A DNA stretch of 55,166 nt, taken from a virus (Duplodnaviria; Caudoviricetes). The stretch spans positions 1-55,166 of the IMG/VR virus record IMGVR_UViG_3300030433_001688; one strand, given 5' to 3'. The notes under the pieces are model-generated. The model did no database searches. It saw only the letters and a program-made list of their open reading frames with translations, and had not been told where the DNA came from. Positions 30,999-38,096 of this stretch are shown piece after piece; the first letter of the stretch is position 1; each line of letters opens with the position of its first letter. A program made the position numbers and the translations under genes.

Positions 30999-31750
30999 AT
31001 GTAAGATGTTTCATAATATGTTGTTGCCTTCACTCCACTATCTAAGTGTTCACGTATTCTAGCTACAGCAGTATCAAACTTCTGCTTCCCATATTCTAGT
31101 GTTTGATCAGAAGCGAAGTACAATCCTACTGCATATGGGTATGCCTTTTCTTGTGCTACCCACCTAAAATCTTTTATCCCTAAAACTTCTGTATAGATGT
31201 ATGCCTGTATATCGTAACCGAAGTCTCGCACAGCCCACTTAAACTTATCTAACTTCTGCGTGGTCTTTGAGTCAGCTATGTATTCGTCATTTAAAATATC
31301 TAGGAATCCACGTACAGGGACGTCCCCAATAAAGTCGTTAAACTCATATTGAGCATCGCCCTGTAGTGATATTTCGTGGACTCCAGTCTCTTGTAATCTC
31401 TGTATCATTTCCTCAGCCTTTACCTTGTCTTCAACAGAAACTATTTGTTTCCCTGGCTCGGCTAAAGAATCTTTCCATTCTGAGTAAGCTTTGGTCCTTT
31501 GTGGAGCTTTACCACCTATCTCTAAACAGATAGCTGTATCGTCTGCGACCACGAACTGATCGCTAAACGACTCAGGAGTGAGGAGCAGACAGTCGTATAG
31601 CTTACCAAAAGAAAGGGCTGGGCTTTCTATCTTGAGTTGATCCTTCATCTTCATCTCAAACAACTGCATGTCTTTTAATGCGTATTTTATCGACGAGTAA
31701 GAGAGGTATCCCTTCCCATATTTTTCTGATAATTTAAGGGCCAGATCCAT
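30995..31750 (-). CDS. RecE/exonuclease VIII-like PD-(D/E)xK exonuclease
   Basis: LSYSSIK, ALSFGKLYDCLLL.P, RGFLD, DSKTT and YDIQAYIY motifs; adjacent to ERF. Confidence 0.85.
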   Translation of the reverse strand: MDLALKLSEKYGKGYLSYSSIKYALKDMQLFEMKMKDQLKIESPALSFGKLYDCLLLTPESFSDQFVVADDTAICLEIGGKAPQRTKAYSEWKDSLAEPGKQIVSVEDKVKAEEMIQRLQETGVHEISLQGDAQYEFNDFIGDVPVRGFLDILNDEYIADSKTTQKLDKFKWAVRDFGYDIQAYIYTEVLGIKDFRWVAQEKAYPYAVGLYFASDQTLEYGKQKFDTAVARIREHLDSGVKATTYYETSYI

Positions 31751-32319
31751 TACTTAATTACTTCAGCAAGATTACCTAATACCTTTAACTTTTTAACTTG
31801 ATCTTTTGTAAGCTCAGATTCATACTTACCTAGTATAAGCTTTACTGCAGACGCCTTGTCTTTAGAATTGTTGACGTGAGCTAAGCTCATTTCAAAAATG
31901 CTTTTTTCAGGAGCTTTCTTTTTAGCTGGAGTACCAGCGCCTGTGTTTGTAGCGTCACTGTCTTTTGTATCATCAATACAGAACAGTCCGTTGAGTGCAT
32001 ACTTTCTTGCATAACTAGACGATGCTCCTGTTACCTGGCTACCGTCCATACCTTTTTTGCTTTCCTCCTCCCTAGCGAAAGCTGTGGTTTGTACCTCAGA
32101 CTGACCGTCAGTAATACTAGCTGTAGCCTTGACGTATACCCTGTCACCAAGCATTACCATTTCGTCTGACAATGTTAGAATCAGACCATGTTCTGATAGT
32201 AAAGGTTTTACAGATTCTAAAATGTCCTCAGCAGATCTGTATTTGTATCCACCGAACTTGTTCATTTGCCCCTTCGGAGCTTTGAGGTTGCCTTGAATAA
32301 GACTTAGTTTATCTACCAT
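31750..32319 (-). CDS. erf: ERF-family single-strand annealing protein
   Basis: KAPKGQMNKFGGYKYRSAEDILESVKPLL and QVTGASSSYARKYALNGLFCIDDTKDSD. Confidence 0.93.
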   Translation of the reverse strand: MVDKLSLIQGNLKAPKGQMNKFGGYKYRSAEDILESVKPLLSEHGLILTLSDEMVMLGDRVYVKATASITDGQSEVQTTAFAREEESKKGMDGSQVTGASSSYARKYALNGLFCIDDTKDSDATNTGAGTPAKKKAPEKSIFEMSLAHVNNSKDKASAVKLILGKYESELTKDQVKKLKVLGNLAEVIK

Positions 32320-32346
32320 GATTTATTATATTAAATTAAAAATTAG

Positions 32347-32421
32347 ACTCCTGCGTAGGATTCGAACCTACACTCTCGGAAAACCAATTAAACACGAGCC
32401 CATCCCAGTGGGTAGCAGGAG
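32347..32421 (-). ncRNA. tRNA-like RNA with a non-canonical 16-nt loop in place of the anticodon loop
   Basis: Minus strand: CTCCTGC TA CCCA-CTGGGA-TGGG CTCG-TGTTTAATTGGTTTTC-CGAG AGT GTAGG-TTCGAAT-CCTAC GCAGGAG T. Perfect 7-bp acceptor stem, U8, D arm with GG, perfect T arm; no encoded CCA. Confidence 0.85.
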
Positions 32422-32445
32422 GTGTGCGGCACAAGGCCGCATAAA

Positions 32446-32739
32446 TTAGAACGGTAAGTCAGCAGTTTCTGTTTCTGTTTCTACCTCTTCTTGCTTTTCA
32501 GCAGTAGTGATGGTTCCGTCAGTCCAGATAACTTTTGCATTACCTACATAATTTTTAGGTGTCTTTGCTTCACGCTCTTCTTTTGTTTGTGAGCAGAAGA
32601 TGCTGCAGTTGTCACCGAATTGTCCCGTCTCATCGTTCACTGAAATAGTGAAGTCATAGTACGTTCCGTTTTTGCCTTTGATAAGTTTTTCTTTTGGCAG
32701 TTTGTTCAAATTAATTGAACCTTTGATTAATGATCCCAT
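32446..32739 (-). CDS. Putative single-stranded DNA-binding protein
   Basis: Short OB-like beta protein with acidic tail ending ADLPF; upstream of ERF. Confidence 0.7.
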   Translation of the reverse strand: MGSLIKGSINLNKLPKEKLIKGKNGTYYDFTISVNDETGQFGDNCSIFCSQTKEEREAKTPKNYVGNAKVIWTDGTITTAEKQEEVETETETADLPF

Positions 32740-32749
32740 AGTTTTAAAT

Positions 32750-32977
32750 TTAAAGGGTTTGAATTAATAGTTGATATTGTTTTCTAAATGCTGGTCTGTG
32801 ATCCATAGCTCTATCTGTCATTATCCAATGCAGAAACAAAGGATCTCTATGTACTTCAATAGCTTTAGATACATCAATAAAGCTCATGTCCTTGTGCTTA
32901 GCTAAGTATGCTATAGCCAAGCGCAATGCTTCGTCACCAGTAGCACCAGTGATTCTTGTTACTTCCTCTACTATCAT
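32750..32977 (-). CDS. Hypothetical protein
   Basis: 75 aa; ATGA-coupled in the - strand operon. Confidence 0.7.
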   Translation of the reverse strand: MIVEEVTRITGATGDEALRLAIAYLAKHKDMSFIDVSKAIEVHRDPLFLHWIMTDRAMDHRPAFRKQYQLLIQTL

Positions 32978-33120
32978 GACATTTTATTTATAGTGTTTTT
33001 AAATTCTTTCATAGCTTTTTTCTGTAGATACTTTCTGTATTGGTAGTCATCGTCAATGTGATCACGATGCTCCCCAAAATCTTCAATATCCTTGATAAAT
33101 ACCTCTTTTATTTTTCCCAT
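32974..33120 (-). CDS. Hypothetical protein
   Basis: Likely start MGKIKEVF at 33120; IDDDYQY motif. Confidence 0.6.
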   Translation of the reverse strand: MGKIKEVFIKDIEDFGEHRDHIDDDYQYRKYLQKKAMKEFKNTINKMS

Positions 33121-33165
33121 AGCGTTGACAAATATATGTGTTACAAACTTTAATTGCAACCATTG

Positions 33166-33378
33166 TTAATAATTTTCAAAGTCATCTTCGGCTAGCTCCT
33201 GCATATAACTGCGGAAGTTATTATCATCTAGCAGAAATGACATTGAGTGTTTTTCTTTACCGCTTCTGTAGTACAGCCAATCAAGATCAACACTACGACC
33301 TTCAGGGTAATCGACTACATAGTAAACCAGTGTGGCTTCTACACCACAACCTAGTTCAAAATCAACTTCTCGTTTCAT
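33166..33378 (-). CDS. Hypothetical protein
   Basis: 70 aa, acidic; A-rich leader. Confidence 0.7.
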   Translation of the reverse strand: MKREVDFELGCGVEATLVYYVVDYPEGRSVDLDWLYYRSGKEKHSMSFLLDDNNFRSYMQELAEDDFENY

Positions 33379-33413
33379 ATTTATTTTATTTTTTTATATT
33401 ATGCAATCTTTTA

Positions 33414-33857
33414 TTAGAAAACGTTATACTCTCCAGCAACTGGACAGGTACGCTTGCCGTCTGAATCTATATCCATCAACATCTCTCTTATGTCAGCACG
33501 ATCGTTTGCAGTTAAAGTTCTGTTTCTGTCGCAAACCTTTCTCATTAGTTTAATCATATTTGGAACTTGTGATATAATATAAGATAGCTTTCCAGCTCTT
33601 TTCCTATCACCATAAACTTCGCATATATTTCTGTTTAATTCTTTATTAAAAATATAATGCTTTCTATGACCACGAGTGGACTTAGGCAATCTTGAACCAC
33701 CACCTAAACTTCTCCCCCCCTCTCTATATGTTATAGTCCAAGTTTGTTGTTCTATGTTTTCGTCTTTAAGTTGTTGCATGTGTGCTTTAAGTTCATTTAC
33801 TTTTTGTTGAGCTTCTCTTAAAGCTATCTCTACTTGTCTGTAATTATTGTTTTTCAT
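33414..33857 (-). CDS. Hypothetical protein
   Basis: 147 aa with N-terminal coiled coil. Confidence 0.7.
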   Translation of the reverse strand: MKNNNYRQVEIALREAQQKVNELKAHMQQLKDENIEQQTWTITYREGGRSLGGGSRLPKSTRGHRKHYIFNKELNRNICEVYGDRKRAGKLSYIISQVPNMIKLMRKVCDRNRTLTANDRADIREMLMDIDSDGKRTCPVAGEYNVF

Positions 33858-34116
33858 CGTTACATCCTTTAATAAATTCTACTACTTCATTGTAAACGCT
33901 ATCCATGTAGGGTAGACTCCAAATGATTACGGAGAAGTCATCTTCATGCTTAGCAACTTCGAAACACTTCTGTACTACTGGCATTAACCAATCCCATGAT
34001 GTGTGGTATTGTAGGTTCTGAACTATCTCATTTGAAGGTAGTTCGTACTCACTATACCCATCGTGCATTATCTCATGCACCCCCATAAATTCTGCTATTA
34101 ATTTATTGTCTTTCAT
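33844..34116 (-). CDS. Conserved Bacteroidota phage hypothetical protein
   Basis: NKLIAEFMG...YHTSWDWLMPVV motif; start at 34116 preferred, with 34164 as an alternative that has its own AAACCAA leader. Confidence 0.75.
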   Translation of the reverse strand: MKDNKLIAEFMGVHEIMHDGYSEYELPSNEIVQNLQYHTSWDWLMPVVQKCFEVAKHEDDFSVIIWSLPYMDSVYNEVVEFIKGCNDEKQ

Positions 34117-34261
34117 TTTGTTTTGGTTTAATTGGTTCATCCAAATCCATTCTTTTTTTATCATCTTGTTTTGGTTTAAACACTACTGTTGGTAGTGGCA
34201 TTGCAATTAATCCAGCTAATTCGTCCATGCTGAATCCTGATTGTGTTTTTCGTTTACTCAT
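34103..34261 (-). CDS. 52-aa hypothetical protein (not in ORF track)
   Basis: MSKRKTQSGFSMDELAGLIAMPLPTVVFKPKQDDKKRMDLDEPIKPKQNERQ*; AAACCAATAAA leader. Confidence 0.55.
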   Translation of the reverse strand: MSKRKTQSGFSMDELAGLIAMPLPTVVFKPKQDDKKRMDLDEPIKPKQNERQ

Positions 34262-34262
34262 T

Positions 34263-34595
34263 TTATTGGTTTATTATAAGTTCTTCTATAAATATTTTTA
34301 CACAGCTTTCATCGCCTTGATAGTATAATGCATCATCTACTTCTGTGAAGATTTCTTTAATCCTATCGTCACCTTTTGCTTCATTGACAGCACGTTGATA
34401 CTCTTGCAAAGCGTTTGCATATTCTGTAAATAGTTTTTGTTCTGAATAGTCTAATAGTGAGTCCATTACGTGGACGGCATACACCTTTCTACACTCTTGT
34501 TTGGCACGTAGTTCTGTTATCAGTTTGCCTTGTGCTTCGATTGTTTTAAATAGTTCGTTGTTTGACATTTCGTTATATCTTTTTAGTAAATTCAT
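34263..34595 (-). CDS. Hypothetical early protein
   Basis: 110 aa in a tightly packed - strand array. Confidence 0.7.
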   Translation of the reverse strand: MNLLKRYNEMSNNELFKTIEAQGKLITELRAKQECRKVYAVHVMDSLLDYSEQKLFTEYANALQEYQRAVNEAKGDDRIKEIFTEVDDALYYQGDESCVKIFIEELIINQ

Positions 34596-34600
34596 CGTGT

Positions 34601-34798
34601 TTATATTAATAATAAGTCATCAACATAGTCGGGTTCTAATCCGAATTCGCTTAACAAGTAATCTTCTATATCCCATAGCGTCAGGTCTCCCGATGTCAAA
34701 CCTTGCGTTACAAAGTCTCTTGCTTCAGATACCATATGTTCTGCTGTTTCAGGTGATATGCAATCACGTTGAATTAGTACGTCTTTAATTCTTCTCAT
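34601..34798 (-). CDS. Conserved phage hypothetical protein
   Basis: IKDVLIQRD..S...A and EFGLEPDY motifs. Confidence 0.75.
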   Translation of the reverse strand: MRRIKDVLIQRDCISPETAEHMVSEARDFVTQGLTSGDLTLWDIEDYLLSEFGLEPDYVDDLLLI

Positions 34799-34803
34799 CG
34801 TAT

Positions 34804-35070
34804 TTAGTATTCTAGTTCAATTAATTTCCCATCTACCTCTTCGTATCTTAGGTCTGTAGGGCATTCCCATTGCGTCCAATAGTATTCATCTTGTTGGTAG
34901 CTTTCAGCTAAGATGTACTCGTCAGATAGTTCGTTATCAACATCAACATTCCAAGAACGTATCAGTGCTATTAAGTCTTTCTCGTACTTAATGTGCATAA
35001 ATCCATCGCCTACTACATAGCCATCATTCATGCCTTCGCCAGTTATATCACATCGTCTTGCGTATTTCAT
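34804..35070 (-). CDS. Conserved phage hypothetical protein
   Basis: ARRCDITGEGMNDGY...YYWTQWE motif. Confidence 0.75.
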   Translation of the reverse strand: MKYARRCDITGEGMNDGYVVGDGFMHIKYEKDLIALIRSWNVDVDNELSDEYILAESYQQDEYYWTQWECPTDLRYEEVDGKLIELEY

Positions 35071-35097
35071 GTTTATTGGTTTTATATTTTCTAATAG

Positions 35098-35214
35098 TTT
35101 AGTGCATTACTAGTTAATAATGTTGAGGGTAGATAACACGCCATATAGCTATCTATTACTCGATTGGTTTCGCCTAATCAAAACCCTCAAACATTTATTT
35201 AGTGCATTACTAGT
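35098..35214. repeat. 17-bp direct repeat flanking an 83-bp structured element
   Basis: TTTAGTGCATTACTAGT at 35098-35114 and 35198-35214, exactly 100 bp apart. Confidence 0.9.
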
Positions 35215-35807
35215 CCTACTTTATTTGTTGGATTATACCACTTTGTGGCGTTAAGGTCGCTTTCCATGGCGTTTACATACCCAGCATTTTCTAAATCCTC
35301 ATAGCTGTCGAAGATTCGTGCATGACGATCTGTTGCGTAGTCTATCATGTCATCTCGTGTGCCGCCTTCGCTGAATATGATATCGTAGTTGTCAGGAATA
35401 TCAACACCAATAAATAGAGGGATAGACTTCGTATAAGAGTAGAACTTTACACCTGGCAACCTTTTGGCTATTTCTATCCACTTAGCTAAGTATTCTTTCG
35501 AATAGTAATCGCCTGAATCATGAACCCTGAGTATATCTACTTTCTTTTTCTTTATTTCTGCAATCATATCATCTATGAAGTTGTTTGACTTAGTAGCTAG
35601 ATATCTAAACTGGAAAGCTGGTTTGACATTGCTCCAAGAGTATGCACCTTTCTGAGCATAGCAAAACTTTGCACAGCTCCCTGCAAATGGACAGGTGCGC
35701 TTACCGTTCTCATCTTCAAAGGCAGGTATCCCGAAGTTGAATACTCGCAGTCCGATTAACTTGCTAGTCTTTTTTAGTTTACTGTTTTGTGTTATTAAAT
35801 GCGGCAT
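35199..35807 (-). CDS. GP88-like (radical-SAM-related, Cys-cluster) phage protein
   Basis: NSKLKKT, FGIPA, TCPFAGSCAKFCYA.KG, RVHDSGDYYS and FYSYTK motifs. Confidence 0.8.
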   Translation of the reverse strand: MPHLITQNSKLKKTSKLIGLRVFNFGIPAFEDENGKRTCPFAGSCAKFCYAQKGAYSWSNVKPAFQFRYLATKSNNFIDDMIAEIKKKKVDILRVHDSGDYYSKEYLAKWIEIAKRLPGVKFYSYTKSIPLFIGVDIPDNYDIIFSEGGTRDDMIDYATDRHARIFDSYEDLENAGYVNAMESDLNATKWYNPTNKVGLVMH

Positions 35808-35991
35808 CTTTCAATTGGTTTATTATCGGTTCATTTTTATATCCGTATGCAGATATCTCTCCTTTATTAAATTTTCTTACAAGCTGTTTATACACTTTAG
35901 TTCTAGTTGGAGATTTACAATCCTTAATTGCGTGTATATATTCTATTGAATACTTATCGTTTAGTTTGTAATAAAAAGTAGTTCTAAACAT
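35779..35991 (-). CDS. Hypothetical early protein
   Basis: 70 aa; fills the gap in the array. Confidence 0.6.
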   Translation of the reverse strand: MFRTTFYYKLNDKYSIEYIHAIKDCKSPTRTKVYKQLVRKFNKGEISAYGYKNEPIINQLKDAAFNNTKQ

Positions 35992-36139
35992 TTGATTTAT
36001 ATTTTACTGGTTGAATTACTACGTCATCGTAACCTTTTTCTTGCCATTCGAATTGTTCTATAATCGCATCGTGAAAGCAATCAAATTCGTTACATACTCC
36101 TCCTATCCACACTAAGTATTTTATTCCTTGTGATTTCAT
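35984..36139 (-). CDS. 51-aa hypothetical protein (not in ORF track)
   Basis: MKSQGIKYLVWIGGVCNEF...EWQEKGYDDVVIQPVKYKSNV*. Confidence 0.7.
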   Translation of the reverse strand: MKSQGIKYLVWIGGVCNEFDCFHDAIIEQFEWQEKGYDDVVIQPVKYKSNV

Positions 36140-36150
36140 GTTAGTATGCT

Positions 36151-36324
36151 TTATTGATTGTTTTCTAAATTGTCATACTGTTTAGCTAGGTATTCGATTT
36201 CTTCAGCGTGTATGGCTACACTTAGGTACTCCGATACGTCAATGTAAAGTTTGCCGTCTAGCTCTTCACTAGGCGTTTCGTGGTGTACTTCAAGTACGAA
36301 TGAGGCTTTTTCTAATTGTGTCAT
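36151..36324 (-). CDS. Hypothetical early protein
   Basis: Start MTQLEKAS at 36324 with AAAACCAAT leader. Confidence 0.65.
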   Translation of the reverse strand: MTQLEKASFVLEVHHETPSEELDGKLYIDVSEYLSVAIHAEEIEYLAKQYDNLENNQ

Positions 36325-36504
36325 GGGGAATATTGGTTTTATTAAAAATAGCAAGACTTAGCACAGTATCGTGTACTCCTTGCACTCTGCTCCAAGTTTC
36401 CGTCCGCTTGTGCGTTCGCCTTGCTATTTCGTTACCATACGCAAGAGCATAGTAAGATAATTATAACTAAAAGTGTCATTTCTACAACGCTTGGTTTGTT
36501 GACA

Positions 36505-36609
36505 TTATTGTACATCATCAAAATTGATTAGGTCGAACTCTACTCCCATATCTAAGAGCGCCTGTTGCAGTGCTAAATCTTGCACGTTTGGTAATTGGTT
36601 TTTACTCAT
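36505..36609 (-). CDS. 34-aa acidic peptide downstream of the hammerhead
   Basis: MSKNQLPNVQDLALQQALLDMGVEFDLINFDDVQ*; A-rich leader. Confidence 0.55.
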   Translation of the reverse strand: MSKNQLPNVQDLALQQALLDMGVEFDLINFDDVQ

Positions 36610-36631
36610 AATTGAAAAGGTTTTATTTATT

Positions 36632-36762
36632 AACATAGACTACCCTAGGCGAATACGTTCAGATTTTTTTTACACGTTGGGCAAACAGGGATACAAGTGA
36701 TATGTTTGCTTGTGCTTACTCGCTTCGGGTAGTTTCGACTAATCAAGTCTCGTCAGTATGCT
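36632..36762 (-). ncRNA. Hammerhead ribozyme (type I topology, large insert in stem III)
   Basis: Minus strand: AGCATA-CTGACGA-GACT(TGATT)AGTC-GAAA-CTACCC...GGGTAG-TC^TATGTT. All core nucleotides are present; predicted GUC cleavage between 36638 and 36637. Confidence 0.9.
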
Positions 36763-36867
36763 TATTTGTTTATACTCAAGTACCATTGTAACAACGGTAG
36801 TTTCTGCTGAAGTAGTATATTCCAGACAATTTGCGGAGTTTGCTTAAGGATATCATGAAAAAGGGTT

Positions 36868-36978
36868 TTTATTTATTTATTAAAATAGTTGTTTTATTAG
36901 ACGTACTTTTTCTGCGTCTGTTAATTCATCGCTATCTAGTATGTTGATTAGGTAGCATTCAAATTCTTCTGAATTCAT
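36868..36978 (-). CDS. 36-aa hypothetical peptide
   Basis: MNSEEFECYLINILDSDELTDAEKVRLIKTTILINK*. Confidence 0.5.
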
Positions 36979-37080
36979 AATCTTTATAAAAATTTATGGC
37001 ACGGCTTTGCACCGTGTCCGTTGTTATCGTGTGGTCTCCACTAGCCAATGTATTTAAATTGGCTCGTATGTTGTCGGCGC

Positions 37081-37272
37081 TTACGCTCTCGCTCTGCGTC
37101 TGTTGTTGCGTTGTTCATCTGCTCGCTCGATGCGGTCAGATATCGCTTCAACTTTGCGGTTGGTTGATGCCGTTGCCCTGTTAGACTTTTGCCCCTTGGT
37201 ACTGCCGTAAGTCTTGTTTGAGTACTCACGCCTGTAACGTTTGTCGTGTAGTATAGTATCTAAAACTCTCAT
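37081..37272 (-). CDS. Small Arg-rich early protein
   Basis: Start MRVLDTIL at 37272 overlaps the upstream stop (ATGA). Confidence 0.6.
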   Translation of the reverse strand: MRVLDTILHDKRYRREYSNKTYGSTKGQKSNRATASTNRKVEAISDRIERADEQRNNRRRARA

Positions 37273-37484
37273 TTCTTTGATTTTATTGTTGGCTTGAAAC
37301 GATTCCAATTCCACTCCTCAAGTAGGTTTTCAGCTGATTGTAACGCCAGAGAGTAATCTGCACAAGGCTCGGGCAACTCTAAAATCACTTTACCTAATGT
37401 AGTAGATATTCCGTAAAACTTACTACCGCTTTGGATTGCATCAGCTATTTGACGTACATAGTGCGCTTGTTGAATTGTATTCAT
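37269..37484 (-). CDS. First gene of the leftward early transcript, hypothetical
   Basis: Start MNTIQQAH at 37484, downstream of the promoter at 37516-37547. Confidence 0.65.
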   Translation of the reverse strand: MNTIQQAHYVRQIADAIQSGSKFYGISTTLGKVILELPEPCADYSLALQSAENLLEEWNWNRFKPTIKSKK

Positions 37485-37515
37485 AATTGAAATTGTTTTG
37501 GTTTGAATTCTGGTA

Positions 37516-37557
37516 CTAATATACACTAGTCACTTCGATAAATGCAAGTTTTATCGA
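37516..37557 (-). promoter_or_regulatory. Early leftward promoter with overlapping inverted repeat
   Basis: TTG-N21-TATATTAG on the minus strand; TCGATAAA-N7-TTTATCGA (37535-37557) straddles the -33 element. Confidence 0.6.
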
Positions 37558-38018
37558 CACTTTAACAGTATTTTAACATTTAAGGCGATATATAGACAAT
37601 TGACGTTAATAGATGTTAATGCCCTTGCATATGTCAAAAAAAAATTGTATAAGTTGGCAAATGCAAAGAGTTGTTAAATAGTTGCAGAAGTCGTAAATGT
37701 TTTGTATAGCGTACCCCGTCGGGGGTTCCTTGGTACGTTGCCTGTGTTCGGAGTGGGGATTGTCACAAACTTTTTTGCGTTTGCGTTTGTTAACAGAATA
37801 AACTTGCATAAGTTGCTGTAAAATTGTATAGGCAAAAAGCTGAAATTTTTTGCAGGTTGTCAGCAATGTAAAAGGCGGTGGGGTTGCAGATGCGTTTGGG
37901 TTTGCGTGCGTCAACGGCTGTATGTATGTATAATCCCCAGGATCTGTATAGCTCAGATTTTTTTTAACACTTAGGAGGCGGTGTTTTCACTAAATTTGCA
38001 TATACTAATTCAATAGAT

Positions 38019-38096
38019 ATGACAGCTTTAATTGTATTTTCTGTTTACGCAATATTTATCATAGGTATGACGTTGTGGTGCAGAGAAGAATCGTAG
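38019..38096 (+). CDS. 25-aa single-TM peptide
   Basis: MTALIVFSVYAIFIIGMTLWCREES*; TAAATTTG at 37991-37998 upstream and a terminator downstream. Confidence 0.55.
   Translation: MTALIVFSVYAIFIIGMTLWCREES

Noticed and set aside
32320-32346. Theta/HDV-like ribozyme at the 3' end of the tRNA-like RNA
   Set aside because: The downstream sequence is a short A/T leader with no nested pseudoknot potential.
32347-32421. Canonical or ochre-suppressor tRNA (TTA within the loop)
   Set aside because: No 5-bp stem can close a 7-nt loop around TTA. All long genes read through in the standard code and TAA is the common stop, so there is no sign of recoding.
35119-35196. Second hammerhead (TTGATTAG...CGAAAC resemblance)
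   Set aside because: It lacks the CUGANGA core and a proper stem II and NUH arrangement.
37606-37914. 102-aa minus-strand ORF
   Set aside because: It has a TTG start, lies upstream of the early promoter in repetitive skewed DNA, and has an unnatural composition.
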